The notes beneath the pieces were generated by a model. It did not search any database, was not told where the DNA came from, and worked only from the letters and a program-made list of their open reading frames with translations. Shown here one piece after another: positions 63,651 through 64,000 of a stretch of 64,000 nucleotides of DNA (within the stretch, counting starts at the first letter, position 1; each line of letters begins with the position of its first letter). Source of the stretch: Candidatus Kapaibacterium sp. Its GTDB lineage: Bacteria; Bacteroidota; Ignavibacteria; Kapaibacteriales; UBA2268. Where the stretch lies: contig OY762428.1 in assembly GCA_963665665.1 (NCBI GenBank), forward strand, positions 672,001-736,000, read 5' to 3'. The position numbers and the translations under genes were made by a program.

Positions 63651-64000
63651 CTATGCTGCCAATACTTCATTAAGTTCATCAATTATATTACTCATCTCTT
63701 TACCGAAAAGCTGGTACATCCTGCCCCGGCCTCCCCGCGCGTCAAAAGGAGTGAAATCAAGATCATCTATTTCAATGTGGTATGAGCTGACCACATGGTC
63801 TTTAATCATTCTCAGCCAGTCCATTTGCTCCTGGGTAAATCGGTTGTGCTGCCCTGCATTCTGCCTGAAAATCCAGTTCTTAAAGTTTTCGTCAATGGTT
63901 TTATCAAACGGTTTCAGTTCTTTATCAATGCCGCATACGCGCCGGATAAGGGAAACCAAAGCAGTCAATTCGTCTTTTGGCTGCCTGCTTTTTACCTTAC
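63651..64000 (-). CDS. hsdR: Type I restriction endonuclease R subunit, C-terminal part (runs off the right edge)
   Basis: FTQEQMDWLRMIKDHV...PFDARGG...IDELNEVLAA; frame open to the edge; operon with hsdS and hsdM. Confidence 0.85.
   Translation of the reverse strand, partial: KVKSRQPKDELTALVSLIRRVCGIDKELKPFDKTIDENFKNWIFRQNAGQHNRFTQEQMDWLRMIKDHVVSSYHIEIDDLDFTPFDARGGRGRMYQLFGKEMSNIIDELNEVLAA

Larger units (their letters stand above)
50716..64000. mobile_element. tRNA-integrated element (satellite/PICI-like or IME) with defence cargo; right end beyond the window
   Basis: att-like fragment, integrase, excisionase-like HTH, P4-type primase-helicase, RM and TA cargo, AT-rich genes. Confidence 0.8.

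Overview
AT-rich bacterial chromosome segment, most likely from the FCB group (Ca. Kapabacteria/Ignavibacteria-like; inferred from several T9SS C-terminal-domain proteins together with flagellar export genes and a 2-oxoacid:ferredoxin oxidoreductase operon). Positions 1-50.7 kb are mostly core genes: gltA, mdh, recQ, ahpC, fliPQR-flhB, feoAB plus a DtxR/MntR regulator, two-component systems, peptidases, a vor-type operon and purM. From about 50.7 kb an integrated element starts at a tRNA 3'-end fragment. It has integrase, excisionase-like HTH and a P4-type primase-helicase, then a type I restriction-modification operon whose junctions carry extra genes (HigB, HigA-IrrE, a nucleotidyl-cyclase-like protein, a nuclease-like protein, a small membrane protein). 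The most unusual signal is a ~1.07-kb intergenic element present twice (12464-13543 and 43341-44399). It is built almost entirely from 21-bp units in two head-to-head arrays meeting at the palindrome GAACATGTTC, is bracketed by direct copies of a 31-bp REP-like hairpin, and sits in mosaic clusters of several REP-like palindrome families. Its function cannot be determined from sequence alone. All protein calls come from motif recognition, not database searches.
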